Part shown: positions 42,129-51,671 of the stretch, in pieces
How the letters are laid out: each line of letters begins with the position of its first letter
How positions within the stretch are numbered: the stretch's first letter is position 1
Origin: Peptococcaceae bacterium UBA7702
GTDB taxonomy: Bacteria > Bacillota > Dehalobacteriia > UBA7702
Direction of reading: 5' to 3'
DNA: 64,000 bases
NCBI GenBank assembly: GCA_002482535.1
Contig: DLGE01000011.1
Location: 2,600 to 66,599 of the forward strand
Translations under genes and position numbers: made by a program
The notes under the pieces: model-generated
What the model was told of the DNA's origin: nothing
What the model saw: the letters and a program-made list of their open reading frames with translations, nothing else
Database searches by the model: none

Positions 42129-42366
42129 CCCTCTTATTGGCAATCATCGATGTTGAAAATTTTTATTTTATTTTATTATTTTGCTTTTTATATTATAACA
42201 TAAAAACCCCAAAAAGAAACGGTTTTAAAAATTAATTTTTAAAACAACGATTGCAGACAACAAGAGTATTGCCTGCAATCATCGTCATTTACAAACGGAT
42301 TAACCTAAAACAAAAGCGTAATGCTTTCTTATTAACATCGAAACACACCCTCTGATCACAGCATCA

Positions 42367-43785
42367 TCATCCAAGAACGGCTTTATGGTATGCTTCAGGC
42401 AAGAGTTTTTCGATGATTTTTCTGCGTCCATCAGAAAGATCGGGAAATTCATATTCTTCGATACGTTTCTTCCATTCGGCGGTAAGCAGTTCTTCACAAA
42501 CTGGTTCACCATTCTTGACCCAGTTGTTATGGATATCTCTGACATCAAATTTGGGTTCAAAGAATTCCTTGCGGTAAATCGGTAGAGTTCTGCCAAGATA
42601 ACTGCCGGTCGGACCCTTTTTCTTGATTTCATCGAAGCGGAGAGTTTCTTCGGTAACATCATAACCTTTCATTAGATGGCGGCATTTCATGATATCTTCT
42701 TCGTCCCAGATAAATTTTTCATAGCACATTGTGTTCATCGTATCCATAGGACCGCAAGCCATATTCATAATGTCCGCTTTTAGCAGATGGGGGCTCAAGG
42801 CATTCATGAAGCATTCAGCACCACACTGGATATCGAGGACTTTGGATTCACCGGTACCGACGCCACTCTGCAAAGGCAGGCTATAAAAATCAGCCATGCG
42901 CTTAGAGGTGGCGCATGCCCACATTGCCTCAATCCCGCCATAAGCAGGTCCCATGGTTCTCATCTCATGAGAGGAGAATCTGGTGCAATAAAGGATTGGA
43001 GTACCCGGTCTCAACAGTTGGGAGTAGACAATCGCGGCCAGGACCATTGCATTACCAATGGTATAGGCGCCGGCCATGGTTTGGGGTCCGGAAGCGCCCA
43101 GCATCACGCCACTAACGACAGTACAGGGCTGACCGGCAGTACAAAGAACATCCATGGCTTCGCAGATGTCTTTGGCCAACTGCATCGGACCTACCGTGCA
43201 GGTGAGGGCGTGCATGATGGGCTTATCATAGATGCCGTAAAAATCCTGCATATTTTTGAAGCATTCCTCAACGACATCTCTACCGCCGAGAACCATACCG
43301 TGCATTGGTTTTTTGCAATAACGAAGAGCAACGCCAAGGCCGTACTGATTACGGATTGTGGGTTTAACATAGGAAAAGTCAATAATGTTGGGGTTGGAAA
43401 TGGAGATCACTTTACTCGTTTCAGAAAGTTTATGAAAATTGACCAGATCTTCGTGAGTGGTCGGACCATACGTGCCCTCTTTTCTGATAAAGATTGGGCC
43501 ATCAGTGGAATCATATTTTAAATCGCCGTCACCAATGGTGATATAATCGCCTTCTCTATCATAAAGGCGATACGTTTTCGGTACCGTGTTCAACGCATCT
43601 TCCAGCATCGCTCTGGTGATATAAACAACTTCACCATCAACCTTTGCACCGTGTCTTTTGAATAATTCCACCGCTTTGGGAGAGTGAAACGCAGCACCTA
43701 CTTCTTCAAGGATCTTAATACTTGTTTCATGGATCAGATCGACTTCGTTGTCGGTACCGATTGCATAACTTAATCTCATGTTCAT
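42367..43785 (-). CDS. MttB-superfamily methyltransferase, non-pyrrolysine type. It is a candidate quaternary-amine:corrinoid methyltransferase, MtgB-like.
   Basis: The 472-aa product is trimethylamine methyltransferase family. The reading frame is continuous with no in-frame TAG. Confidence 0.75.
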   Translation of the reverse strand: MNMRLSYAIGTDNEVDLIHETSIKILEEVGAAFHSPKAVELFKRHGAKVDGEVVYITRAMLEDALNTVPKTYRLYDREGDYITIGDGDLKYDSTDGPIFIRKEGTYGPTTHEDLVNFHKLSETSKVISISNPNIIDFSYVKPTIRNQYGLGVALRYCKKPMHGMVLGGRDVVEECFKNMQDFYGIYDKPIMHALTCTVGPMQLAKDICEAMDVLCTAGQPCTVVSGVMLGASGPQTMAGAYTIGNAMVLAAIVYSQLLRPGTPILYCTRFSSHEMRTMGPAYGGIEAMWACATSKRMADFYSLPLQSGVGTGESKVLDIQCGAECFMNALSPHLLKADIMNMACGPMDTMNTMCYEKFIWDEEDIMKCRHLMKGYDVTEETLRFDEIKKKGPTGSYLGRTLPIYRKEFFEPKFDVRDIHNNWVKNGEPVCEELLTAEWKKRIEEYEFPDLSDGRRKIIEKLLPEAYHKAVLG

Positions 43786-43861
43786 ATGAATATACTCCTT
43801 TCAGCATCATTAAATCCAACGATGATAATATCCCTTTTTACTTCGGCTTCCACTGCCTCTT

Positions 43862-45199
43862 TTATTCTTCCGTTACAGTTTCCACCGGCGTATTGGTTTT
43901 TTGCGCCGTTTTTCTCTTGGCACGTTCAGCGATTTCCTCCGCTCTGACCTCAGCAATAACCTTCTTGTTTCTGACCATGAAAACAATCGAAGCAATGATA
44001 CCGATTATCCCGAACACAACGAGCATGAGGAAGATATTCCCCCATGCCTGTTCAACAGGGAGGTTATCCAGCCACTGGCCGATGGGAATCGGCAGGATGG
44101 CATCGGTTGCATAAATCAACGTCGCATAAAAACCAATGGCAGAGCCGCTGAGATTCATCGGAACGCGGCATTGCCGCATCGGTGCATACATCTGACCGCG
44201 AAAAGCCCCTGTTAGGGTGATTTCGGCAATGATGATAATGATGAAAACCGCAACCATCGTGCTGTTTTTCGGCAGGAAATAGTAGATTGCCGCAATAACA
44301 GTAAGACAGATGTTAATAAAAAGAATCACTTTACTGGGGCCGAATTTGTCACCAAAGAAACCGACGCTGAAATTACCGACAGGTTTGCACCACTGGTTAA
44401 GCAGGCCGACATAAGCGGCAACGGCAACAGAGATACCAAAGCAACTGGTACCGAAGGTACCCATATAAGAACCGATGACACTGCCGACGGTGTAGCCGCC
44501 CATGGCCATAATACCTATCAGCCAAATATTCGGGTCTTTGATGCACTGTACCAACAATTTAAAGGGATTTTCTTTGTTGATCACATCTTCTGCAGATTCA
44601 TCATCATCTTTAAAAGCAAAGAACGCCATGATGCCGAAGAGCACCAGAACACCGGCATACATCCACATCACAAAACGCAGACCGGAAACAGTGTTATTAA
44701 ACTGGGAGAACATATAAACCGCGAAGGTCGCTGCAACGATGGCAAATACGCTTCTGGTACCTTCCATTGCGCCGAAGCTTTTGGACTCTGAACCAACTTT
44801 ACGCCCAAATTGTCTCGTCAGTTTTAAGAATGCGCCCCAGAAAGTCAGCGTCGTTGTAGCACCCATGATGGCATACAGGCAAAGTGTAACACCATAATTG
44901 GGGAAGAATCCGAGGAAAAAGTTGCACAACCCGGTGCCGATAAAGGAAATGACCACCAACATACGGGGGTGAACCTTATCCGCAAGGATGCCGCCGACAA
45001 AATAGGTCAGCATTGAGATCGTCAGTGCCACAGTGGACATTAAACCAAACTGAGTATTCGTCACATTGAATGCCGCAGTAAAAGCATCATAATAGCTTCC
45101 TCTGCTGAACAAAATATAGAAAATCGCATTGGAGCCGCAACCCAACAGCAGAAATTGTATGATCTCGCGGCTGCCTAATTTTTTACTAAGACTTGCCAT
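43862..45199 (-). CDS. MFS transporter
   Basis: The product has 12 predicted TM helices. I chose the start MASLSKK, which has a GGAAGGAGAA RBS. Confidence 0.75.
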   Translation of the reverse strand: MASLSKKLGSREIIQFLLLGCGSNAIFYILFSRGSYYDAFTAAFNVTNTQFGLMSTVALTISMLTYFVGGILADKVHPRMLVVISFIGTGLCNFFLGFFPNYGVTLCLYAIMGATTTLTFWGAFLKLTRQFGRKVGSESKSFGAMEGTRSVFAIVAATFAVYMFSQFNNTVSGLRFVMWMYAGVLVLFGIMAFFAFKDDDESAEDVINKENPFKLLVQCIKDPNIWLIGIMAMGGYTVGSVIGSYMGTFGTSCFGISVAVAAYVGLLNQWCKPVGNFSVGFFGDKFGPSKVILFINICLTVIAAIYYFLPKNSTMVAVFIIIIIAEITLTGAFRGQMYAPMRQCRVPMNLSGSAIGFYATLIYATDAILPIPIGQWLDNLPVEQAWGNIFLMLVVFGIIGIIASIVFMVRNKKVIAEVRAEEIAERAKRKTAQKTNTPVETVTEE

Positions 45200-45293
45200 T
45201 GTTTTTTCTCCTTCCATTTTATCCAAACCTGACAATCGTCAGGCGAGAACAAATAAAAAGCTCGTTTCTTTTTTTGAAAGGAAAGATGCAAGA

Positions 45294-45923
45294 TCAAGAA
45301 AGAGCCCAATCACGGCAGATCGCAACACCTTCCTGTGGATTGGTCGACCAGGCATCCGCACCGCATTCTTTGCAGGCTTCATCAGTAACAGGGTTTCCAC
45401 CGAGAATGATGTGAACCTCATCGCGCATACCTTCCGCTTTGAACGCTTCCACGGTGGCTTTCATGGAGTCTATCGCAAGCGTCAGAATACCGCTGAGACC
45501 AATGATCTTGACAACGTTTTCTTTCGCCGCCTTCACGATATCTTCCGGAGCAACATCAACGCCAAGGTCAATCACTTCAAAACCGCCGGCAGCCATAATC
45601 GATTTAACGATATTTTTGCCAATATCATGGATGTCACCGGCAACGGTACAAAGTATAATCTTACCGAGAGCTTCGGCGGAATCCGACGACATCAGGGGAT
45701 GCAGTGCTTCCATGGCATCGCCCATGAGCTCGCCCGCAAAAATCAGGTCCCCGACAAAATATTCGCCCCTTTCAAACATATCACCGACAACAGCCATACC
45801 TTCTTGACAGGCTGCCATTGCTGATGCCGCATCGCCCTTGGTTTCGACAACTTCATCGATCATTTCCATCGCAACCTCTTCATCCATTTCGCTGATGGCA
45901 ACTTTTAATTTTTCAAAATCCAT
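45294..45923 (-). CDS. cobalamin-binding corrinoid protein (MtbC/MtgC-like)
   Basis: There is a B12-binding-2 N-terminal helical domain plus a B12-binding domain with a DxHxxG motif (GDIHDIGKN). Confidence 0.8.
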   Translation of the reverse strand: MDFEKLKVAISEMDEEVAMEMIDEVVETKGDAASAMAACQEGMAVVGDMFERGEYFVGDLIFAGELMGDAMEALHPLMSSDSAEALGKIILCTVAGDIHDIGKNIVKSIMAAGGFEVIDLGVDVAPEDIVKAAKENVVKIIGLSGILTLAIDSMKATVEAFKAEGMRDEVHIILGGNPVTDEACKECGADAWSTNPQEGVAICRDWALS

Positions 45924-45966
45924 GGTCCATTCCTCCTTTATCCTTTATCAATGAAATTTTGTGTTT

Positions 45967-46776
45967 CTACTTTTCCTTTACAGGACCAAATTTGTTCTGA
46001 CGAAAGGCTTTGCCGTACTTACGGCAGTGTTTGTCGCGATGAAGCAAAGCTTCCGTTGCGTACATGGAAGCGATCAAATCTCTCTTTTCCGGATCGATAA
46101 TCGCCGCATCCATCCCGGCTGACAGTGCCAAAGTCAAGAAGTTCTGATTGACGATCTTGCGGTAAGGCATGCCATAGGAAATATTCGACAGGCCGGAAAC
46201 CGTCTTGACGGTAGGATGCAGTTTTTTGATTTCCCGGACCGATTCCATAAAGGTCAGCATACAATCGTTTACGGCAGCCAGTGACAATACCAACGGGTCA
46301 ATGAATATCCTGCTTGCATCAATGTTGTAGGCCGCCGCTTTTTTAATGAGTTTATCTGCAATTTTAATCTTTTGTTTCGCAGTCTCGGGAATACCTTCGC
46401 TGTCACAAGTCAAGGCAATCACTTTCCATTCAGTATCCTTGATCAGAGGAAAAATCACTTCGCATTTTTCCCCTTCACCGGAAACAGAATTAATCAAACC
46501 ACAGTTCTTAACCCGAGGCCAAACGTCTTTGATGATCCTTACATTGGGACTGTCGATACAAAGCGGCGTGTCTGTTTCACTCTGAGTAATGTCGATCAGC
46601 CAATTCAATGCTTCAAGCTCTTTGTCGGCGCTTGTTCCAGCGCATACGTCAAGATAATCAATACCCACCTCCACTTGACGCCTCACCAAATCTCTGATGA
46701 ATTTTTCATCCCGACGGGCAATCGCCTCGCCGACGGAAGGAATCGCGCCATTGATTTTTTCACCAATGACAATCAT
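45967..46776 (-). CDS. methyltetrahydrofolate:corrinoid methyltransferase (pterin-binding, MtgA/MtrH-like)
   Basis: The product has a pterin-binding TIM-barrel domain, with motifs similar to the DHPS-like fold. Confidence 0.75.
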   Translation of the reverse strand: MIVIGEKINGAIPSVGEAIARRDEKFIRDLVRRQVEVGIDYLDVCAGTSADKELEALNWLIDITQSETDTPLCIDSPNVRIIKDVWPRVKNCGLINSVSGEGEKCEVIFPLIKDTEWKVIALTCDSEGIPETAKQKIKIADKLIKKAAAYNIDASRIFIDPLVLSLAAVNDCMLTFMESVREIKKLHPTVKTVSGLSNISYGMPYRKIVNQNFLTLALSAGMDAAIIDPEKRDLIASMYATEALLHRDKHCRKYGKAFRQNKFGPVKEK

Positions 46777-46993
46777 TGAACCATCTCCTCCTGTCCTTTT
46801 GGATTTTTAAAGTTAAGATAATAAATGATAAAATTCTGAATCATGCATGAAAAATAGAATTTTCATCCTCAAATCAAATATAGCAAAATACCTGATTCAA
46901 GAATAGTGTCATTTCAGGAAAAATATTGACAATATATTAAACACAATGTACAATGTGATGTACAATATTAAGAAAATCAATAGGGTTCTGCAT

Positions 46994-48226
46994 ATGGCCA
47001 TCATCAATATTATTACAATCTCAGACGTTCTTCACTTAAATGCTTTTTCGGAAGCAACGCTTCTGGCAGGAGAAAAAGGCATAAGTAATGAGATCAGCTG
47101 GGTTCATCCTATGGAAATATGGGACAATCCCAATAACTGGATCGACGGCGGAGAGTTGATTTTTTGCAGTGCCCTCGGTGTCAATAACCCTGATACCATT
47201 ACAAGCTATTTTAAAAAACTGCTGTCAAGAGGAATCGCAGGGCTTGCTCTACAGATCCATACCCATATACAAAACGTCCCTCAGGAAATGATTGACCTGG
47301 CAAATCAGCATAACTGTCCACTGATCATTTTTAAAAAACAGGTGCGTTTTATCGATCTCAGCAGGGAACTGATCAACGCCCTTGTTGCAAATGTCAATCA
47401 TGATTACTATAAAGAAAAACAAAAAATCGAAGAAAACAGCTGGATGTTGCAATGGCTGGACAATAATCTAACCAATGAAGAGATCACAAAGAATCTAAAA
47501 AAAACTCTCCCTAACCTAACGAACTATAAAATGTTTACGGTTCTAATTGAATACAGCACCTGCAAAATATCGTACCGCTGGACAGAAGGAGTCTATATTT
47601 CCATCGTAAAATATCTTAGAAATCTGTTTGAAAGCAATCAGTTCCTTCTTTTCCCGCTGTTTGCCAACAACCAACTCACCGGCATTGTTCTGGATTACGG
47701 CAAAGAAAATACATGGAAACAACGGTTCCACAATATTATTACCGAAACCAATCACAATTTTATGATTTCTGAAGGCAAGCCCAGACTGATCATTACCGCC
47801 GGCAGTCGTTGGAGTAAGGCAGAAAAAATCCCCGTCAGTTATCAAAACGCCAAAGATACCATGGAAATCTGCCAGCAATTTCATATCAATCGATTTATTT
47901 ATGAAGATCTAAACCTGTTTTGCCTTTTGTCTCTAATCGACAATGACAACAACCTAAAATGCCTAAAACAATTTGTACAGGAAAAGGTCAACCCACTGAT
48001 CGAACACGATGGGAAACACAAAAGCGATCTACTAAATACACTGATCAAATACGAAGCACATTACGGCAACAAGCAACTAACCGCCACCGAACTAAATATC
48101 ACCAGAAGAACACTGTATAATCGGCTTGAACAAATCAAAACCATTCTTCAGACTGACTTTGAAGATCCGGAGAAGCGCATCACGTTAGAGCTCGCCATAA
48201 TGCTTTATCAAAATGGAATCAAATAG
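46994..48226 (+). CDS. PucR/CdaR-family transcriptional regulator
   Basis: A C-terminal PucR-type HTH (ATELNITRRTLYNRLEQI) is present. The gene is divergently oriented relative to the methyltransferase cluster. Confidence 0.7.
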   Translation: MAIINIITISDVLHLNAFSEATLLAGEKGISNEISWVHPMEIWDNPNNWIDGGELIFCSALGVNNPDTITSYFKKLLSRGIAGLALQIHTHIQNVPQEMIDLANQHNCPLIIFKKQVRFIDLSRELINALVANVNHDYYKEKQKIEENSWMLQWLDNNLTNEEITKNLKKTLPNLTNYKMFTVLIEYSTCKISYRWTEGVYISIVKYLRNLFESNQFLLFPLFANNQLTGIVLDYGKENTWKQRFHNIITETNHNFMISEGKPRLIITAGSRWSKAEKIPVSYQNAKDTMEICQQFHINRFIYEDLNLFCLLSLIDNDNNLKCLKQFVQEKVNPLIEHDGKHKSDLLNTLIKYEAHYGNKQLTATELNITRRTLYNRLEQIKTILQTDFEDPEKRITLELAIMLYQNGIK

Positions 48227-48292
48227 CGAATGAGTACTATCATCTCCGAAAAAACCATTTTCCCCGCTCTTATGAACCAAAAATACACAAAA

Positions 48293-48335
48293 ACCCCTGC
48301 CAAATATAATGTTTGGCAGGGGTTTCTTTGTGTGT
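48293..48335. terminator. bidirectional rho-independent terminator
   Basis: A cccctgccaaa-tataatg-tttggcagggg hairpin is followed by a T-run on both strands. Confidence 0.65.
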
Positions 48336-48430
48336 CATGGGTACAAAATAGATACTGACCGTCAGCGCAGGCGCAAAACAAGACGCACCCACAAAGGTGA
48401 GTGCGCGATTTGCGTCCAGCTTCAAGCTGG

Positions 48431-48504
48431 TGGAGCGGGTGAAGGGAATCGAACCCTCGTTTTGAGCTTGGGAAGCTAACGTTCTACCATTGAACCACAC
48501 CCGC
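48431..48504 (-). tRNA. tRNA-Gly (CCC)
   Basis: The cloverleaf has the acceptor gcgggtg, anticodon loop ttCCCaa and T-arm gaggg-ttcgatt-ccctt. Confidence 0.75.
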
Positions 48505-48601
48505 AGATCTTCCAAATATATAGTAAGACCGCATTTGCGGTCTTTTTTAAAGAGTTATTTAAATCAATCAACTGCACCGGTGGTGCGGTTGATTGATTTA
48601 A

Positions 48602-48678
48602 TGGTGACGCGTATGGGATTCGAACCCATGAATGCCAGCGTGAAAGGCTGGTGAGTTCAGCCGCTTCTCCAACGCGCC
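48602..48678 (-). tRNA. tRNA-Glu (TTC), identical to the copy at 14298-14374
   Basis: It is an exact reverse-complement match to the plus-strand copy. Confidence 0.85.
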
Positions 48679-48684
48679 AAGTCA

Positions 48685-48760
48685 TGGTGAGCCATCGGCG
48701 ATTCGAACGCCGGACACCCTGATTAAAAGTCAGGTGCTCTGCCTGCTGAGCTAATGGCTC
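48685..48760 (-). tRNA. tRNA-Lys (TTT)
   Basis: The acceptor stem is gagccat/atggctc, the anticodon loop is ctTTTaa, and CCA is encoded. Confidence 0.85.
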
Positions 48761-48959
48761 TTGTACAACGAAAATGATTGTATCAAATTTCGAAGATTTT
48801 GTCAATCACTTTTCCCAAATTTCTTGATTTCATTGTCGGGATACGCAAGATTTCCCTGTCATCATAAAGTATTCCCGATGCTGAGCGGAACCATCTACAC
48901 CGCCGTGATCTGCCTGATTCTATAGGAACATGAGACAGGATGTGATGATTCTCTACGAT

Positions 48960-50240
48960 TTAAAATTCTTTTCTTAAAATCGTCTGCTGCCGGTCGGGGC
49001 CGACGGCGACGATGGAGACAGAGGTTTCCGTCAGTTCTTCAACCCGTTTGATATAGGCTTTGGCATTCTCCGGCAGTTCCTCATAATTGCGGCAGGAGGA
49101 GATGTCCTGCTGCCAACCGGGGAGAGTTTCATAGATCGGCTCACACTGCTCCATGGCATCAAGGGAGGCGGGAAACTCCGTCATGATCTGGCCGCCGTAG
49201 CGATAGGCGACACAGAGTTTCAACTCTGATAGCTGATCAAGGACGTCCAACTTGGTCAAAGCCAGATCGGTCATGCCGCAAACCCGGGCGCTGTAGCGCA
49301 GCACCACACCGTCGAGCCAGCCGCAACGGCGGGGACGGCCGGTGGTGACACCGTATTCACCGCCAATTTTGCGTAAGGTTTCACCGTACACATCGTGCAG
49401 TTCCGTGGGGAACGGCCCACTGCCCACTCTGGTGGTATAGGCCTTGGCCACGCCGACGACGGCATCAATTTTAGTAGGACCGACGCCGGTGCCGGTAAGG
49501 GCGCCGCCGGCACAGGGAGAAGAAGACGTTACAAAAGGATAGGTGCCGTGGTCGATATCGAGATGTACCGCCTGGGCGCCTTCGAAAAGAACCTTTTTCC
49601 CTGCTTTCAACGACTCGTTGACGAGTACCGAGGTATCCGCCACATAGGGACGGATTCTTTCGGCCAAATCGGCGAATTCCTTTAAAATCGCCCCTTCGTC
49701 TAAAGGTTCTTCTCCATATATTTTTTCTAACAGTAGGTTCTTCTGCTTCAGAACAACGTGGAGTTTCCGTTGGAACTCGTCGAACTCCAAGAGGTCACAG
49801 ATACGGATCCCGACGCGGTTCACCTTATCACTGTAAGCGGGGCCAATCCCCCGTTTGGTGGTGCCAATTTTGTCTTCGCCTTTGGCGCTCTCCTCAAGAC
49901 CGTCGATGAGCTTATGATAGGGCATGATCAGATGGGCCCGGTCGGAAAGATAAAAGTGTTGAAAGGATATGCCCCGTTCTTGTAGCTGTTCCATTTCGCC
50001 AAGCAAGACGGATAAATCGACGACAACGCCGTTGCCGACAATGTTCAGGCTGTCTTTATTCAATATACCTGAGGGAATGAGATGCAATTTATATTCGGCG
50101 CCGTTGCTGATGACCGTATGACCGGCGTTGTTGCCGCCTTGGGAACGAACGACGACTTCGGAACGGTCGGCGAGAAAATCCGTGATTTTCCCCTTTCCCT
50201 CGTCTCCCCATTGTGATCCGACAATAATGGTTGCAGGCAT
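48960..50240 (-). CDS. purA: adenylosuccinate synthetase
   Basis: The N-terminus MPATIIVGSQWGDEGKGKI (P-loop) and a full-length PurA are present. Confidence 0.9.
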   Translation of the reverse strand: MPATIIVGSQWGDEGKGKITDFLADRSEVVVRSQGGNNAGHTVISNGAEYKLHLIPSGILNKDSLNIVGNGVVVDLSVLLGEMEQLQERGISFQHFYLSDRAHLIMPYHKLIDGLEESAKGEDKIGTTKRGIGPAYSDKVNRVGIRICDLLEFDEFQRKLHVVLKQKNLLLEKIYGEEPLDEGAILKEFADLAERIRPYVADTSVLVNESLKAGKKVLFEGAQAVHLDIDHGTYPFVTSSSPCAGGALTGTGVGPTKIDAVVGVAKAYTTRVGSGPFPTELHDVYGETLRKIGGEYGVTTGRPRRCGWLDGVVLRYSARVCGMTDLALTKLDVLDQLSELKLCVAYRYGGQIMTEFPASLDAMEQCEPIYETLPGWQQDISSCRNYEELPENAKAYIKRVEELTETSVSIVAVGPDRQQTILRKEF

Positions 50241-50355
50241 ATAAAGACCGCCTTTCTCTCTAAGCTGTGCATAAAGTGACAAAGTAATTATATTAAATAA
50301 TGCTTGTTATGTCAATGAATTGTCGAAAAAGCAGCCGTTTCCCTGGGAAAAACGT

Positions 50356-51441
50356 TTATAAAACGTCGTCGCCAAAGGAAATCCCCAAATCCCGGGCTGT
50401 TTGCACCAGTTCACCGCAGGGATCGACCTTTTTCAGCACCCGGGCAAATTCTCCGATGGGCACCAATTCGATGTGGTCATTTTTCAAACAGACAATGACG
50501 TTTCTCCGTCCGTCAAAGGCCGCTCTCACCGCCGCCACACCGTAACGGCTGGATAAAATGCGATCAAAAGGCGCAGGACTGCCTCCCCGCTGCAAATGGC
50601 CCAAAACGATACAACGGGTTTCCAGGCCGCCTTCTTCTTTTAAAAGCGCCGCCACCACGTTGCCGATGCCACCAAGTTTTTCCGGATTATAGAGATTGCC
50701 CACGTTTTCGCCGCTAACAACTTTTTCCCCGTTGATTTTCGCGCCTTCGGCGACGACGATGATGCTAAAAGCCCGGCCCCGCTTTTTTCGGGATTCAATC
50801 TTCTTTAAGATTCCCCGGACATTGAAGGAAATTTCCGGAATCAGAATCACGTCGGCGCCCCCGGCAATCCCGGCGTAAAGGGCGATAAACCCCGCGTCCC
50901 GGCCCATGACTTCTAAGATCATCGCACGGTGGTGGCTTTCCGCCGTTGTATGTAATTTATCAATGGCATCGGTGGCGGTGTTGACCGCAGTTTCAAAGCC
51001 AAAGGTACGGTCGGTAATGGGGAGATCGTTATCGATGGTTTTGGGTACACCGATCACCGGAAGTCCTTTTTCTGCCAGCTCATAGCTAATGGCCATGGAG
51101 CCGTCGCCGCCGACGACGATCAGGCAGTCCAGTCCCAGCTTCTTTCCGTTGGCGATCACTTTATCGCTGACGTCTTCATAAACGGTTTCCCCGTCTTTTT
51201 CCACGGGATAATGAAAGGGATTGTCCCGATTTGTGGTACCCAAGATCGTGCCGCCCTTGGGCAAGATGCCCCGGACATTGTTGGGGCTCATCACGGTACA
51301 GTGCATTTCGATCAGGCCTTTGTAACCGTCGTAAAAACCGATCACTTCCGCCTTTTGTTTACAGGCTGTTTTGACCACGGCGCGAATTACGGCGTTCAAA
51401 CCGGGGCAATCGCCGCCGCCGCATAAAATACCGAGTTTCAT
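50356..51441 (-). CDS. pfkA: 6-phosphofructokinase
   Basis: The product has MKLGILCGGGDCPGLNAVIR, GGDGS and PKTIDND motifs. The Gly/Lys combination at the phosphoryl-donor specificity positions leaves ATP versus PPi dependence open. Confidence 0.85.
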   Translation of the reverse strand: MKLGILCGGGDCPGLNAVIRAVVKTACKQKAEVIGFYDGYKGLIEMHCTVMSPNNVRGILPKGGTILGTTNRDNPFHYPVEKDGETVYEDVSDKVIANGKKLGLDCLIVVGGDGSMAISYELAEKGLPVIGVPKTIDNDLPITDRTFGFETAVNTATDAIDKLHTTAESHHRAMILEVMGRDAGFIALYAGIAGGADVILIPEISFNVRGILKKIESRKKRGRAFSIIVVAEGAKINGEKVVSGENVGNLYNPEKLGGIGNVVAALLKEEGGLETRCIVLGHLQRGGSPAPFDRILSSRYGVAAVRAAFDGRRNVIVCLKNDHIELVPIGEFARVLKKVDPCGELVQTARDLGISFGDDVL

Positions 51442-51671
51442 AAAAACCTCCTATTTCAAAAAAATAGTGTTTTTTTCTATTCTACTATAGATTCGTGATG
51501 CAACATCTTTTCCCTTTTTCTTTCCTCATCAAACAAAAACTTCCCCTAAAATTAAAAAAATAGCATTTTCTTCTATTCTTACCTATTTAAAATAAATATT
51601 CTAAATATTTTTCTTTTCTCTTCCTATTTATTGTGTTAAAATTGAAAGAAAAAAGAGGGATTTTCGTTATG

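Noticed and set aside
42367-43785. Possibility that the MttB homolog is a pyrrolysine-containing trimethylamine methyltransferase
   Set aside because: The reading frame is uninterrupted with no in-frame TAG, so it belongs to the non-Pyl MttB-superfamily class.
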